This document shows positions 17,828 through 27,430 of a DNA stretch of 64,000 nt, piece by piece (the stretch's first letter is position 1; every line of letters begins with the position of its first letter). Below the pieces are notes generated by a model. It had not been told where the DNA came from. It did not search any database and was given only the letters and a program-made list of their open reading frames with translations. A program made the position numbers and the translations under genes. The DNA comes from an uncultured Rickettsiales bacterium. Lineage in GTDB: Bacteria; Pseudomonadota; Alphaproteobacteria; Rickettsiales; CANDYO01. Where the stretch lies: the NCBI GenBank assembly GCA_964550685.1, contig CAZJZY010000001.1, positions 2,155 to 66,154 on the forward strand, written 5' to 3'.

Positions 17828-17904
17828 GGGCCTGTAGTTCAGTTGGTTAGAACACGCCGCTCATAACGGCGGAGTCGTAGGTTCAAGTCCTACCGGGCCC
17901 ACCA
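17828..17904 (+). tRNA. tRNA with CAU anticodon (Met by anticodon; probably lysidine-modified tRNA-Ile2)
   Basis: 77-nt cloverleaf: acceptor gggcctg/cgggccc, anticodon stem cgccg/cggcg, loop ctCATaa, T arm gtagg-ttcaagt-cctac, and encoded CCA. G1-C72 rules out an initiator tRNA. Confidence 0.9.
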
Positions 17905-17946
17905 CTTTGAAAGGAGCAAATAATACAACTCTAAAAGGGGATGTAA

Positions 17947-19857
17947 TTGTTAGCTAGCTTCTTTAATCAAGAAAAAATACAATTACCTTGTTGGATTCCA
18001 GTGTTTATTGCTATTGGAATTTTACTAGGATTCAATATTTCTCCTGTAAATTATATATATGTATGTTTAGCTATATTATGCACCTTTATACCTATATTCT
18101 TTTGTCATTTTATTGTCCTAAGAATAGCTTTAATAGCATTTCTCTTGATGTTAATTGGTTTATTGGCGATTACATTAAGGATTCAATTTGTTGACTCTCC
18201 TATTATTCCTGTGGATGAGAGATTCTCAGTTATTAAAGGCAAGATTGATAATATAACTCCTCTTGATCATGGATATCGGGTATTACTAAGTAATTTAAGA
18301 ATAAGAAATCTTGAGCAAAACCAAACTCCAGAGAGAATTCGTTTAACTGTTCGTACTGATTTAAATCAAGCAAAAATTGGTGATAAGATTAAAGTGATGG
18401 CAATTCTTAGCAAGCCGATGCAAGCCTATTTACCAGAAAGTTATAATTTTGCTCGTGATGCATATTTTAAGAGAATAGGTGCGGTTGGCTATAGCGTTTC
18501 AAAATTTATTGTTATTAGTGAAGATAAAAAGTCATTTTTAGGTAAGTTGAATATATTAAGAAGTAATATTCAAGTTAGAGTTAATGAAGCTATTGGCAAT
18601 TATAATGGAAGCATTGCAACTGCTTTAATGTTGAATGAATATAGTAATATCGATAAAAAAGTTCTACAAGATCTACGGGCCACTGGTCTTGCGCATATTT
18701 TATCAGTATCGGGAATGCATTTAAGCCTAGTAGCGGCAATTTTCTTCTTTAGTTCTAGGTTTTTACTAAACTGCTTTGAACCAATGGCCCTTAGGGTTCA
18801 TTGTAAAAAAATAGCTGCAGGAGTTTCTTTGCTTGGAAGCTTGGCATATCTGCTTATTTCTGGAATGGAAGTGGCGGCAATTAGATCTTTTATTATGACC
18901 AGTATGATTATTATTTCAATAATAATTGATCGTACTTCGAATCCAATGCGGGCGATAGCATTGGCTGCCACTATTATTTTACTAATTGCGCCGGAGAATA
19001 TAATTCACCCTAGTTTTCAAATGTCATTTGCAGCGGTTCTTGCTCTAATTGCTTGTTATGAATTATTTACCAAGTTAAAATTTGATTTTTCAGATTTTAA
19101 TATTATTCAGAAAGCTTTGTTTTATTTGCTAAGTGTAAGTTTTTCTTCTCTTATTGCGGGCCTTGCTACTGCTCCTTTTGCTCTTTATCATTTTAGTCAA
19201 TCTTCTAATTATAGTATATTGGCTAATTTATTAGCAGTGCCAATCACTTCTTTTTGGTTGATGCCTTGTGTGGTTTTAACATTTTTGCTTTATCCATTCC
19301 ATCTTGAATTCTTAAGCTTATATCCAATGCAATATGGCATTAAGCTGATGTTGAATATTGCTCACTATATAGCCAATTTACCATATTCAGTAAGTGCATT
19401 TGCTAAAATAACTAATTGTAATCTTTTGATTATAGTTTCTGGTATGCTGTGGTTTTGTCTCTGGAAAACTAGGATTAGAATGATAGGAATAGCAATTATA
19501 TTATTAGGAATAATTCTACAGTCTATAGTTGTGAAGCCGGATGTGTTTGTTGATTGGGATAGTAAGCAAGTGGCTGTTCTAGATAAAAATAATCGCTTAA
19601 TATTTCTAACAAAGCAATTAGCTAAATTTAAAAAACAATTATTGATGAATCAATTAGGAGCAAAAATAGTATTGCGCTATCCACAAGGTAAATCAGAGTC
19701 TCTATCTTGCCAAGATAAACAATGTATTTTAGAGAAAGGCCAGTATAAAGTAGATATTAACTTGGAAGAGATGGAATTTAGAATTATTGAAAATGGAGAG
19801 TTAAAGAAACTAATAAAAAAAGATAAAGGAACTGAGTTTATTTATATAGGATTGTAA
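17947..19857 (+). CDS. comEC: ComEC/Rec2 family DNA internalisation channel protein
   Basis: Polytopic membrane protein with LRATGLAHILSVSGMHLSLV, the signature of the ComEC competence domain. The start codon is uncertain. Confidence 0.85.
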   Translation: MLASFFNQEKIQLPCWIPVFIAIGILLGFNISPVNYIYVCLAILCTFIPIFFCHFIVLRIALIAFLLMLIGLLAITLRIQFVDSPIIPVDERFSVIKGKIDNITPLDHGYRVLLSNLRIRNLEQNQTPERIRLTVRTDLNQAKIGDKIKVMAILSKPMQAYLPESYNFARDAYFKRIGAVGYSVSKFIVISEDKKSFLGKLNILRSNIQVRVNEAIGNYNGSIATALMLNEYSNIDKKVLQDLRATGLAHILSVSGMHLSLVAAIFFFSSRFLLNCFEPMALRVHCKKIAAGVSLLGSLAYLLISGMEVAAIRSFIMTSMIIISIIIDRTSNPMRAIALAATIILLIAPENIIHPSFQMSFAAVLALIACYELFTKLKFDFSDFNIIQKALFYLLSVSFSSLIAGLATAPFALYHFSQSSNYSILANLLAVPITSFWLMPCVVLTFLLYPFHLEFLSLYPMQYGIKLMLNIAHYIANLPYSVSAFAKITNCNLLIIVSGMLWFCLWKTRIRMIGIAIILLGIILQSIVVKPDVFVDWDSKQVAVLDKNNRLIFLTKQLAKFKKQLLMNQLGAKIVLRYPQGKSESLSCQDKQCILEKGQYKVDINLEEMEFRIIENGELKKLIKKDKGTEFIYIGL

Positions 19858-19903
19858 GGCTCTCATGGTATAATGTGTTAAATAACCTATATAGGTAGCA
19901 TAG

Positions 19904-20263
19904 ATGATATCAATACTTGAGATAAAACAATTAAGATTAAAGCTTATCATTGGGGTGAGTGATGAAGAGAGAGCTAAGCTTCAAGATGTGGAATTTAATA
20001 TAACTATCAACTTTAGTGATTTGCCAAAAGCTTGCAATTCTGATCAGATAAATAATGCTTTATGCTATGATCAATTGACTCAAGAAATAAAGAAATTCTG
20101 TAGGGATAATAAGTTTTACCTGATAGAGCATTTAAGCTATAGCTTGCATCAGCATATTAAAAATAACTACTTAGATCTTAAAGACAATTTGCTTCTTCAG
20201 GTATGCAAATTTGCTCCTGTGAAGGAAATTGAAGGACAATGTTGTTTTACAGTGAAGGGATAA
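19904..20263 (+). CDS. folB: dihydroneopterin aldolase family protein
   Basis: 119 aa. IKQLRLKLIIGVSDEERAKLQDVEFNI...LCYDQLTQEI...YLIEHLS follows the FolB fold pattern. Confidence 0.6.
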   Translation: MISILEIKQLRLKLIIGVSDEERAKLQDVEFNITINFSDLPKACNSDQINNALCYDQLTQEIKKFCRDNKFYLIEHLSYSLHQHIKNNYLDLKDNLLLQVCKFAPVKEIEGQCCFTVKG

Positions 20264-20267
20264 GAAG

Positions 20268-20294
20268 ATAAGGCCTTAAAAATGAAGGCCTTAT
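20268..20294. terminator. perfect 10-bp hairpin between convergent genes (possible bidirectional terminator)
   Basis: ataaggcctt / aaggccttat with a 7-nt loop. There is no clear U-tract on either strand. Confidence 0.35.
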
Positions 20295-20302
20295 AAATAG
20301 AA

Positions 20303-20512
20303 TTAGTTAGCTACGTCTGCCCAAGGTAATGGTGCGCCGTTAGTGTCTGAGGGCATTGTTCCGTCTTCGTAAGCAGCAGCCATATATCTTCTGCGTCCAT
20401 CAAGAACTAAAACAGGCTCAACTTTTTTGTCATTAAAGAACACTTCTGCTGCCTTTACACGAGAAGTTGGATTATTCTTACTGGCCGTTTTAGCCGTTTT
20501 ACCTTTGCTCAT
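20303..20512 (-). CDS. small basic hypothetical protein (69 aa)
   Basis: Clean ORF that looks more GC-rich than its surroundings. Lys-rich N-terminus. No family recognised. Confidence 0.5.
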   Translation of the reverse strand: MSKGKTAKTASKNNPTSRVKAAEVFFNDKKVEPVLVLDGRRRYMAAAYEDGTMPSDTNGAPLPWADVAN

Positions 20513-20765
20513 AGTATTTACCTATTTTTTATTATCAATATTTTCTTACATATTAACGTTATTTTTCATTTAGTCAAGTTGAGATTGCTAAAGCTATAAA
20601 AATAGCTTGAATCACTAAAAATTATGCCCCCCTTATCTTAAATAAGAGACTTAAAAATATCACACACTTTTAATTAAAAGCCGAATAACAAAAACGAACG
20701 AAAAAGGCTTTACATATTGGCGAGTTTTTTTAATTATCGCCAATTTTATTTGAGTGGGCCAGAGT

Positions 20766-21827
20766 CTAAAAGCAGTTGCTCATGTCATCAATAGATACAG
20801 CATTTACACAATAGTCTAGTCCAATAGATGTGTAGGTAATATCAGAATGACCATCATATTCATGACATGACTGAAAAATATCTAATAACTGACCGAAAGT
20901 CATTGATTCGATGTTTTTAGAAATTCTTAAACTATGGATATGTTTAGATTCAAGATCTAATAAACGTTCAGGAATATTTGTTGCAGTTTCGTGATAATGA
21001 GGTAATCGTTTATATGATTCTGTAATTTCTGCCGTATTAATAGATATAGTATGAAAACTATCCTTCAATACCTTTTTAAAGGTAGCATCAAATGTTGGTA
21101 GATGAAGCATTCCTACACTTACAACATTAACTTGTTCAGGTTGTTTCTCTAGATGATCTTTTATTTGAGCCATCATCATCATTTCTCTTTCATTAGAAAG
21201 AGCTGAAAACTTTAATACTTGGTTAAGAGGGTCTATTGCTACTAAGTTATAATTCAGAACATGTGAAGCAAACTGAAATATATTTATATCTAGATACAGA
21301 GCTGGTGATTCATTCGTTAATTCAGTAACTTGTTTAATATCTCTCTCTGCTAATAAATTGCTAGATAAATTATGATGCTTTAGGTATGTTAATAATAGAG
21401 CCTCTAGTAGAAAAGATTGTTGAGAATTGTGCATTTCGCCTAACAAAAGAATAATTGGTTTTGAGGTTTCTTCTATAGCTTTTTCAATGATATCGATTCC
21501 TTGTTTAAAGGTTGTCATTATAGACTTAATGGTGAGTGCATCATTGGAAGAAATTTTACTATAAGTTTCACATATATCTTGTTCAAATAATTTTATATGT
21601 TGAGGAAAAATACTAGCTTTAGGCAGATCTTTTAGAGTTTTTTCTAAAAAATAATTTGCTTTTGGACATAAAGAAGACTGAGTGTTAATTTTATTTTTAA
21701 ATGAAGTTAATTGTGATAGGGTTGTTGGGTAGTATGAATTATATATTTCATTGAAGATAAAAGAAAATGCAGCTCCTCCAATACTTCCTAAAGTAATGCT
21801 TGTAGTATAGCTTAATTGATTTCCCAT
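20766..21827 (-). CDS. hypothetical protein with Tiki/TraB/ChaN-superfamily-like motifs and an MGxxxS N-terminus
   Basis: Ordered motifs LLLGEMHNS, NEREMMMMAQI and VVSVGMLHLP resemble GxxH...RxxxM...GxxHL of that superfamily. The N-terminus is MGNQLSY. Confidence 0.45.
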   Translation of the reverse strand: MGNQLSYTTSITLGSIGGAAFSFIFNEIYNSYYPTTLSQLTSFKNKINTQSSLCPKANYFLEKTLKDLPKASIFPQHIKLFEQDICETYSKISSNDALTIKSIMTTFKQGIDIIEKAIEETSKPIILLLGEMHNSQQSFLLEALLLTYLKHHNLSSNLLAERDIKQVTELTNESPALYLDINIFQFASHVLNYNLVAIDPLNQVLKFSALSNEREMMMMAQIKDHLEKQPEQVNVVSVGMLHLPTFDATFKKVLKDSFHTISINTAEITESYKRLPHYHETATNIPERLLDLESKHIHSLRISKNIESMTFGQLLDIFQSCHEYDGHSDITYTSIGLDYCVNAVSIDDMSNCF

Positions 21828-22165
21828 ATTATTTACTCATATTCTAAAATATTAAATGATAATTAGATGCTGAACGCCGAGCCATTCTTGTGGAACTATA
21901 TCGCAACTCACAAAAAAAAACAAGTAAAAGTTAATTAATCTAAATAATACCTGAAATTACTAGTGTTTTTAATTATAATCACTTTAAATATTTAAACGTA
22001 TTATCCTTGACAGGACTGCCTCATAATAATTTTTAACTGAGCTTAAAGTTTCTACTTGAGCAAATCAGTTCAGTGTTTGTAAAAGATAGAGGTAATTATG
22101 GCTCTAGAAGTATTAAGAAATAAGTGTGAGGTAGTATAGATTCCTTATAATTTTTTAAATTTAAT

Positions 22166-22858
22166 TTAATTGCTCATAGTAAGTTTATTTTCTTGAATAT
22201 TAAATTCTTGAAGCTGCCTAAGAAAACTCATTCCAAGCAGAGAAGTATCTAGGGCTCCTTCTTGTGAAACATTGGCTGGGATATTATGAACAATAATGGA
22301 GCCAATTTGAATTTTATCTAATATGATTTTGGCTCCCCAGCTTACTCCATTTGCAGTATTTGATGGAGAATTATATTCTAAGTTGTCTACGTTTATACCG
22401 ATAGCTCTAGCATCTCTATTGGTGAGGGAAACTAGACTGGCGCCGGTATCTAAAAGGAAATCAATTTTTGTAGTATCATTAACCATGGCATTGATATTGA
22501 AATGGCCATTACTGCCAGAGTAGAAAGTTACGGTGCCATTGTTATTTTCCAGAGCATAACCTGGAATAATATTAGCAGCTAAACGATTGCTAAATTGCTT
22601 CAATTCTAATTTGTAACTATATCCGGTTATAATAACCAAGCTGATAAAGATCCACCCTAAAAGCTGATTGATAAGAACGGAAGATTTTATATCACTAACC
22701 GATATTCTTGAAATCATTAAAGTTAAAATAGCTCCTGATGATATTAATCCCACTTTATTTTGATCGTCGGATAAAACATTAGGAAAGCTCTTATGTAGTA
22801 AAAGTACTAAAGCTATTAATCCAAGCATTAATATTATAAACTTTATAATTTTTTGCAT
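22166..22858 (-). CDS. membrane-anchored retropepsin-like (clan AA) aspartic protease
   Basis: N-terminal TM segments followed by FLLDTGASLVSLT (DTG active-site motif) and LLGMSFL near the C-terminus. This is the same layout as Rickettsia APRc-type proteases. Confidence 0.75.
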   Translation of the reverse strand: MQKIIKFIILMLGLIALVLLLHKSFPNVLSDDQNKVGLISSGAILTLMISRISVSDIKSSVLINQLLGWIFISLVIITGYSYKLELKQFSNRLAANIIPGYALENNNGTVTFYSGSNGHFNINAMVNDTTKIDFLLDTGASLVSLTNRDARAIGINVDNLEYNSPSNTANGVSWGAKIILDKIQIGSIIVHNIPANVSQEGALDTSLLGMSFLRQLQEFNIQENKLTMSN

Positions 22859-22969
22859 TGTTAATCTATTTTTTGTGTTTATATCATTATAATGATAAAA
22901 GAAGAAAATTACTATAATTATAGTTAATCCTTTACAGGTTTTGTATAATTTGGTAGGTTCTGATGCATT

Positions 22970-24301
22970 ATGTCAAAGAAATTATATATCAAAACTTACG
23001 GCTGCCAGATGAATGTGTATGATTCCAATAAGATGTTGGATTTATTGCATGTGTTTGGCTATTCACAAACTGAAATCTTAGAAGAGGCAGATTTAGTAAT
23101 TTTAAATACTTGCCATATTCGTGAAAAAGCCGCTGAAAGAGTTTATTCTGAATTAGGTAAAATTAAAGAGCTTAAGGATGAGCGTAAGGCGATGGGGCAA
23201 CAAATGTTGATTGTGGTTGCTGGTTGCGTTAGTCAAGCGGAAGGTGATGAGATTTTTGTTCGCGCTCCTTATGTTGATGTGGTGGTGGGGCCACAAACTT
23301 ATCATAATTTACCTGAATTAATTGCGAAAGTTTCTCGTGAACATAACATAGCTCTTGATTTAGATTTTCCAGTTATTTCTAAATTTGATTCTTTACCAGA
23401 AACAAATTTTTCTCAAGGATATAGTGCATTTTTAACTATCCAAGAAGGCTGTGATAAGTTTTGTAAATTTTGCTGCGTGCCATACACTCGAGGAGCAGAA
23501 TATTCTCGTAATTTAACTGAGATTTATCGTGAAGCGTTGCATTTGGTTAGTAAGGGGGCGTTAGAAATCACTTTGCTTGGGCAAAATGTTAGCGCATATC
23601 ATGGGTTGGATGATCAAAAAAAAGAGATCAATATTGCTGGATTAATTCAACATTTAGCAAAAATCCCTAATTTACAGCGCATTCGTTATACCACTTCTCA
23701 TCCTAATGATATGTTCGATGATTTGATAGAACTACATAAAACTGAAAGCAAATTGATGCCTTGTTTGCATTTGCCTGTGCAGTCCGGTTCTGATAAAGTT
23801 TTAAAAGATATGAATCGTAAACATACAGCCGCACAATATCTTGAAATTATTGAGAAATATAGAAAGGCCTCTCCGGAGATATTATTCTCATCTGATTTTA
23901 TCGTGGGATATCCTGGTGAAACAGATCAAGACTTTGAGGATACCTTAGAATTAATTAGAAAAGTAGAGTTTTCACAGGCTTATTCGTTTAAGTATAGTCC
24001 GCGTCCTGGAACTCCTGCAGCTGCTATGGGAAACCAAGTGCCAGAAGAGGTGATGGTTGAAAGATTAGTTAGAATTCAAGCATTACTCTCCAAGCAGCAA
24101 GATAAAATTAATCAACAGAGTATTGGCAGAACTTACTCGGTGTTATTCGAAAGAGAGGGTAAGCATTCGGGGCAGATTTTAGGTAAAAATGAATTCGGCC
24201 AGCCGGTTTGCGTGTTAGGAAATGCCGAGCATATTGGGAAAATATTGCCAGTTAAAGTGAATAGAGTGGCGGCAACTACTCTTATTGGTGAATTTATTTA
24301 A
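22970..24301 (+). CDS. miaB: tRNA-2-methylthio-N6-dimethylallyladenosine synthase
   Basis: [17 protein letters not shown]-terminus, radical-SAM CDKFCKFC cluster motif and a TRAM-like C-terminus. Confidence 0.95.
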   Translation: MSKKLYIKTYGCQMNVYDSNKMLDLLHVFGYSQTEILEEADLVILNTCHIREKAAERVYSELGKIKELKDERKAMGQQMLIVVAGCVSQAEGDEIFVRAPYVDVVVGPQTYHNLPELIAKVSREHNIALDLDFPVISKFDSLPETNFSQGYSAFLTIQEGCDKFCKFCCVPYTRGAEYSRNLTEIYREALHLVSKGALEITLLGQNVSAYHGLDDQKKEINIAGLIQHLAKIPNLQRIRYTTSHPNDMFDDLIELHKTESKLMPCLHLPVQSGSDKVLKDMNRKHTAAQYLEIIEKYRKASPEILFSSDFIVGYPGETDQDFEDTLELIRKVEFSQAYSFKYSPRPGTPAAAMGNQVPEEVMVERLVRIQALLSKQQDKINQQSIGRTYSVLFEREGKHSGQILGKNEFGQPVCVLGNAEHIGKILPVKVNRVAATTLIGEFI

Positions 24302-24354
24302 TAGATTTACCTCCCTTGTTGAGTTAAAATTTGATCCAAAAGAGGCTTAAGTTA

Positions 24355-25272
24355 ATGAGACTAATCACTCCTAAATTTTGGAAAACAAGAAATATACTAA
24401 GCTATTTGCTATATCCAATATCTATTATTTATAGCATTATATCTTCTTGCCTATCTTGCAGCTTTCAAATATATCAACCAAGAGCTAAAATTATTAGAAT
24501 TGGCAACATCACTATGGGAGGCGCTGGCAAGACTCCTGTTGTTTTATCAATTGCTAAAACTCTTTCTAATAAAAAACTAGCCATTTTAACTAGAGGTTAT
24601 AAAGGCCAGCTCTTGGGACCAATTATGGTGAATGAATACCATAATGTTGATGAAGTTGGAGATGAGGCTTTACTACTATCTAAGCAGGCTCCAACTTGTG
24701 TGGCAAAGGATCGGCTTAAGGGAATTAAGTTTCTTGAAAATCTTGGTTACGACATAATTATCACTGATGATGGGATGCAAGATAATCGCTTTAAATCTTT
24801 TCTTACCATTATGGTAGTGGATGGTCATTTTGGATTTGGAAATCGGATGATTTTTCCAGCAGGTCCTTTAAGAGAGTCAATAAAATCTGGAATGAAGAAA
24901 GCTGATTTTGCAGTAGTGATTGGTGAAGGTAATTTTGATGTTAACTTGCCAACATTGCATGCTCATTTGATAAGTAACATCTCTTTAGGAGGACAAAAAT
25001 TTATTGCATTCGCTGGGATTGGCAATCCAGAGAAGTTTTTTCTTTCTGTAGAACAAGCAGGTGGAAAGATAATGGAAAGCATTGTATTTGCTGACCATTA
25101 TCAATATACTGAAAAAGATATAGAATATTTAACCAGCAAGGGCTATCCTCTAATTACCACCGAGAAAGATTATGTTCGTATTGATAAGAAATATAAAGAT
25201 AGAATCCAAACATTGCCGGTTGATTTAATATGGCAAGATAAAGAATCCTTAAATAGATTACTTAAATTATGA
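24355..25272 (+). CDS. lpxK: tetraacyldisaccharide 4'-kinase
   Basis: P-loop GNITMGGAGKTPVV and overall LpxK length. ATG at 24355 is preferred over TTG at 24331. Confidence 0.9.
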   Translation: MRLITPKFWKTRNILSYLLYPISIIYSIISSCLSCSFQIYQPRAKIIRIGNITMGGAGKTPVVLSIAKTLSNKKLAILTRGYKGQLLGPIMVNEYHNVDEVGDEALLLSKQAPTCVAKDRLKGIKFLENLGYDIIITDDGMQDNRFKSFLTIMVVDGHFGFGNRMIFPAGPLRESIKSGMKKADFAVVIGEGNFDVNLPTLHAHLISNISLGGQKFIAFAGIGNPEKFFLSVEQAGGKIMESIVFADHYQYTEKDIEYLTSKGYPLITTEKDYVRIDKKYKDRIQTLPVDLIWQDKESLNRLLKL

Positions 25273-26117
25273 AAAAACTACGCTATTTTATTGAATATTT
25301 ATTGGTAAAATTTTGGTTATTCTTGATAAGTTTATTAGGAATGAAGCGTGCTACAAATTTATCTATAAAAATTTTTACATTTATAGGTATGCGCCTTAAG
25401 GCAACGCAAACCGCACGTAAAAATTTATCGATGGTTTTTCCTAAACTTTCTCCACAAAAGATTAATCAAATTGTTTTGGATGTTTGGAAAAATTTAGCTT
25501 TGGTCGCTTCTGAAACTCCTTTCCTTATGAATATGAAGCAAGAAGAATTTGATAAGCATATTAAAATTATAGGTCTTGAGAATTTAGAAAAAATAAGGGA
25601 TAAAAGAGCTATCATTGCAACTGCGCATTTAGCCAATTGGGAAATTATCGGTAAAATTATATATAGCTATAAATTTAAAGTTTGCGGAGTTTATCGTGCG
25701 GCTAATAATAAATTAGTTGATAAAATTATTGATGATATGCGTAATAAAATTGAAGTGACTATGATTCCTAAGGGGAGAAATGGCGCCAAGCAGATTATCG
25801 CTGCGCTACAAAAAAATCAGCAAGTGGTGATGCTTGTTGATCAAAAAATGAATGATGGTATTAAAGTACCATTTTTAGGCCATGACGCGATGACTGCCCC
25901 GGCCATAGCAACTCTTGCTTTAAAATATGATTGTCCAATAGTTCCTATCCAAATTATTCGTAAAAATAACTCTAATTTTGAGGTTGTTATTCATTCGGAT
26001 ATCAGGCATCAAAATCGAATGCCAGAAGATATTATGGAAGAAATTAATCAGCAAATTGGCGAATGGGTTAAGCAAAATCCTGGTCAATGGTTTTGGTTGC
26101 ATAAAAGATGGATTTAA
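25269..26117 (+). CDS. lpxL: lipid A biosynthesis (lauroyl/late) acyltransferase, LpxL/HtrB family
   Basis: HX4(D/E) motif AHLANWE, C-terminal QWFWLHKRW typical of the family, and ATGA coupling to lpxK. Confidence 0.75.
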   Translation: MKKLRYFIEYLLVKFWLFLISLLGMKRATNLSIKIFTFIGMRLKATQTARKNLSMVFPKLSPQKINQIVLDVWKNLALVASETPFLMNMKQEEFDKHIKIIGLENLEKIRDKRAIIATAHLANWEIIGKIIYSYKFKVCGVYRAANNKLVDKIIDDMRNKIEVTMIPKGRNGAKQIIAALQKNQQVVMLVDQKMNDGIKVPFLGHDAMTAPAIATLALKYDCPIVPIQIIRKNNSNFEVVIHSDIRHQNRMPEDIMEEINQQIGEWVKQNPGQWFWLHKRWI

Positions 26118-26206
26118 GAAATAGAAGTCTGGTATTAATCCTTTTTTAATTATTTGAAGTGATACTGGATTAGTTCAAATATCATAACAATAATGAGGAA
26201 GAGTTT

Positions 26207-27355
26207 ATGAAAGATTCCGTTGCTATAGCTGAAGCAATTAATTCAAAATTGCGTCCTTTAAAAGATGGAGAAAAGTATCGCTATGATACGCAAGCGCCCG
26301 GAAGAATTTATCTTGCGAATCAATTGCTGAAAGGGGAGAATCAAAAACTAAGCCGAGCAAGCTATGCTGCGGAATATTCAATTACTGATGGTGTTGAAGA
26401 TAGTCCTTTTCCTGGTGATAAAGATGGTGCAATTGGATTTTTAAGCTCAGTTTTAGGAGTAAGAGGCGTCGCAAAGGAAATCAAAGGTGAAATTGATAAA
26501 ATAGCATGTAAAAATGCTTTAAATGCTGTAAATCTTGCTGTGGTAGAAAGGAAGGATTTAGTCATTAGCGCGTCTGAAGAAATAAAAGACTTTGCGGAGG
26601 CATATGTTAAAGCTGCTCTTGGTGATATAAATAACAGCAAGGTCAATTTAAAATTTTTAGTGAATTATGAGGGCCAATCAACCGTTCACAAAACAGATTC
26701 TAAATTTAAGGACGCTCTTAACACATTACTTAATAATAATCCTACACAGGAACAACTAGTTGCTGTATTTGATGCAAATCTTGGCAAGGAATTTGATAAG
26801 AAAGTTATTACACAGCTTGCCCAAAAACATCCTGAAAAATTAAAAGAGATGCTTTCTAATGATAAAGAAGGATATCTTCTTGATGCTATACAAAAAACTA
26901 GTTTAAAGGAAATTGGAGGTGAATCGCTTCTTAAATTTGCCCTTAGCCAGGAAGCTAAATCATTATCAGCTGAGATGATGAAACGAGGATTTGTTCTATC
27001 TGAAACAGAAATAGCAAGAGTGCCTGAGGCAGCAAAAGATGCTATACTAAAATCAAATAGTCTTTTACAGGGAGAGAAGTTTACTGCTAATGATCAATTG
27101 AGACTGGCAATTATGTCATCTGTTGAAGAGTCGAAGGTGGATGTAAAGTTATTAGCTACCAAGCCATCGCCATTATATTTAGCGCAAAAAACAGGGCAAA
27201 CAGCATTGGCTAGCGCGCTTAGAGAGCAAGGATATAAACTAAAAAGATCTGAGCAATTGCAGGAAATGAGACAAGCTTTAGGGGAAAAAATATCTATCAC
27301 TGCTAATGCTGTAGGCAAAAAAATAAAAAGCGCTATTGGAAAAGGTAAATCATAA
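26207..27355 (+). CDS. hypothetical soluble protein (382 aa), no recognised domain
   Basis: Long clean ORF with no hydrophobic segments and a Lys-rich C-terminus, KKIKSAIGKGKS. Confidence 0.55.
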   Translation: MKDSVAIAEAINSKLRPLKDGEKYRYDTQAPGRIYLANQLLKGENQKLSRASYAAEYSITDGVEDSPFPGDKDGAIGFLSSVLGVRGVAKEIKGEIDKIACKNALNAVNLAVVERKDLVISASEEIKDFAEAYVKAALGDINNSKVNLKFLVNYEGQSTVHKTDSKFKDALNTLLNNNPTQEQLVAVFDANLGKEFDKKVITQLAQKHPEKLKEMLSNDKEGYLLDAIQKTSLKEIGGESLLKFALSQEAKSLSAEMMKRGFVLSETEIARVPEAAKDAILKSNSLLQGEKFTANDQLRLAIMSSVEESKVDVKLLATKPSPLYLAQKTGQTALASALREQGYKLKRSEQLQEMRQALGEKISITANAVGKKIKSAIGKGKS

Positions 27356-27430
27356 ATACTATTCCTTGACTAGCCATTAGAGAATGATAGTATTTTATTA
27401 AACTATCATTTCATTTTGTAGGATATTAAA

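Noticed and set aside
27383-27410. AT-rich 9-bp hairpin (aatgatagt/actatcatt, 10-nt loop) after the orphan ORF, as a possible terminator.
   Set aside because: The stem is entirely weak (a single G-C pair per arm) and the trailing U-tract is interrupted, so its stability is doubtful.
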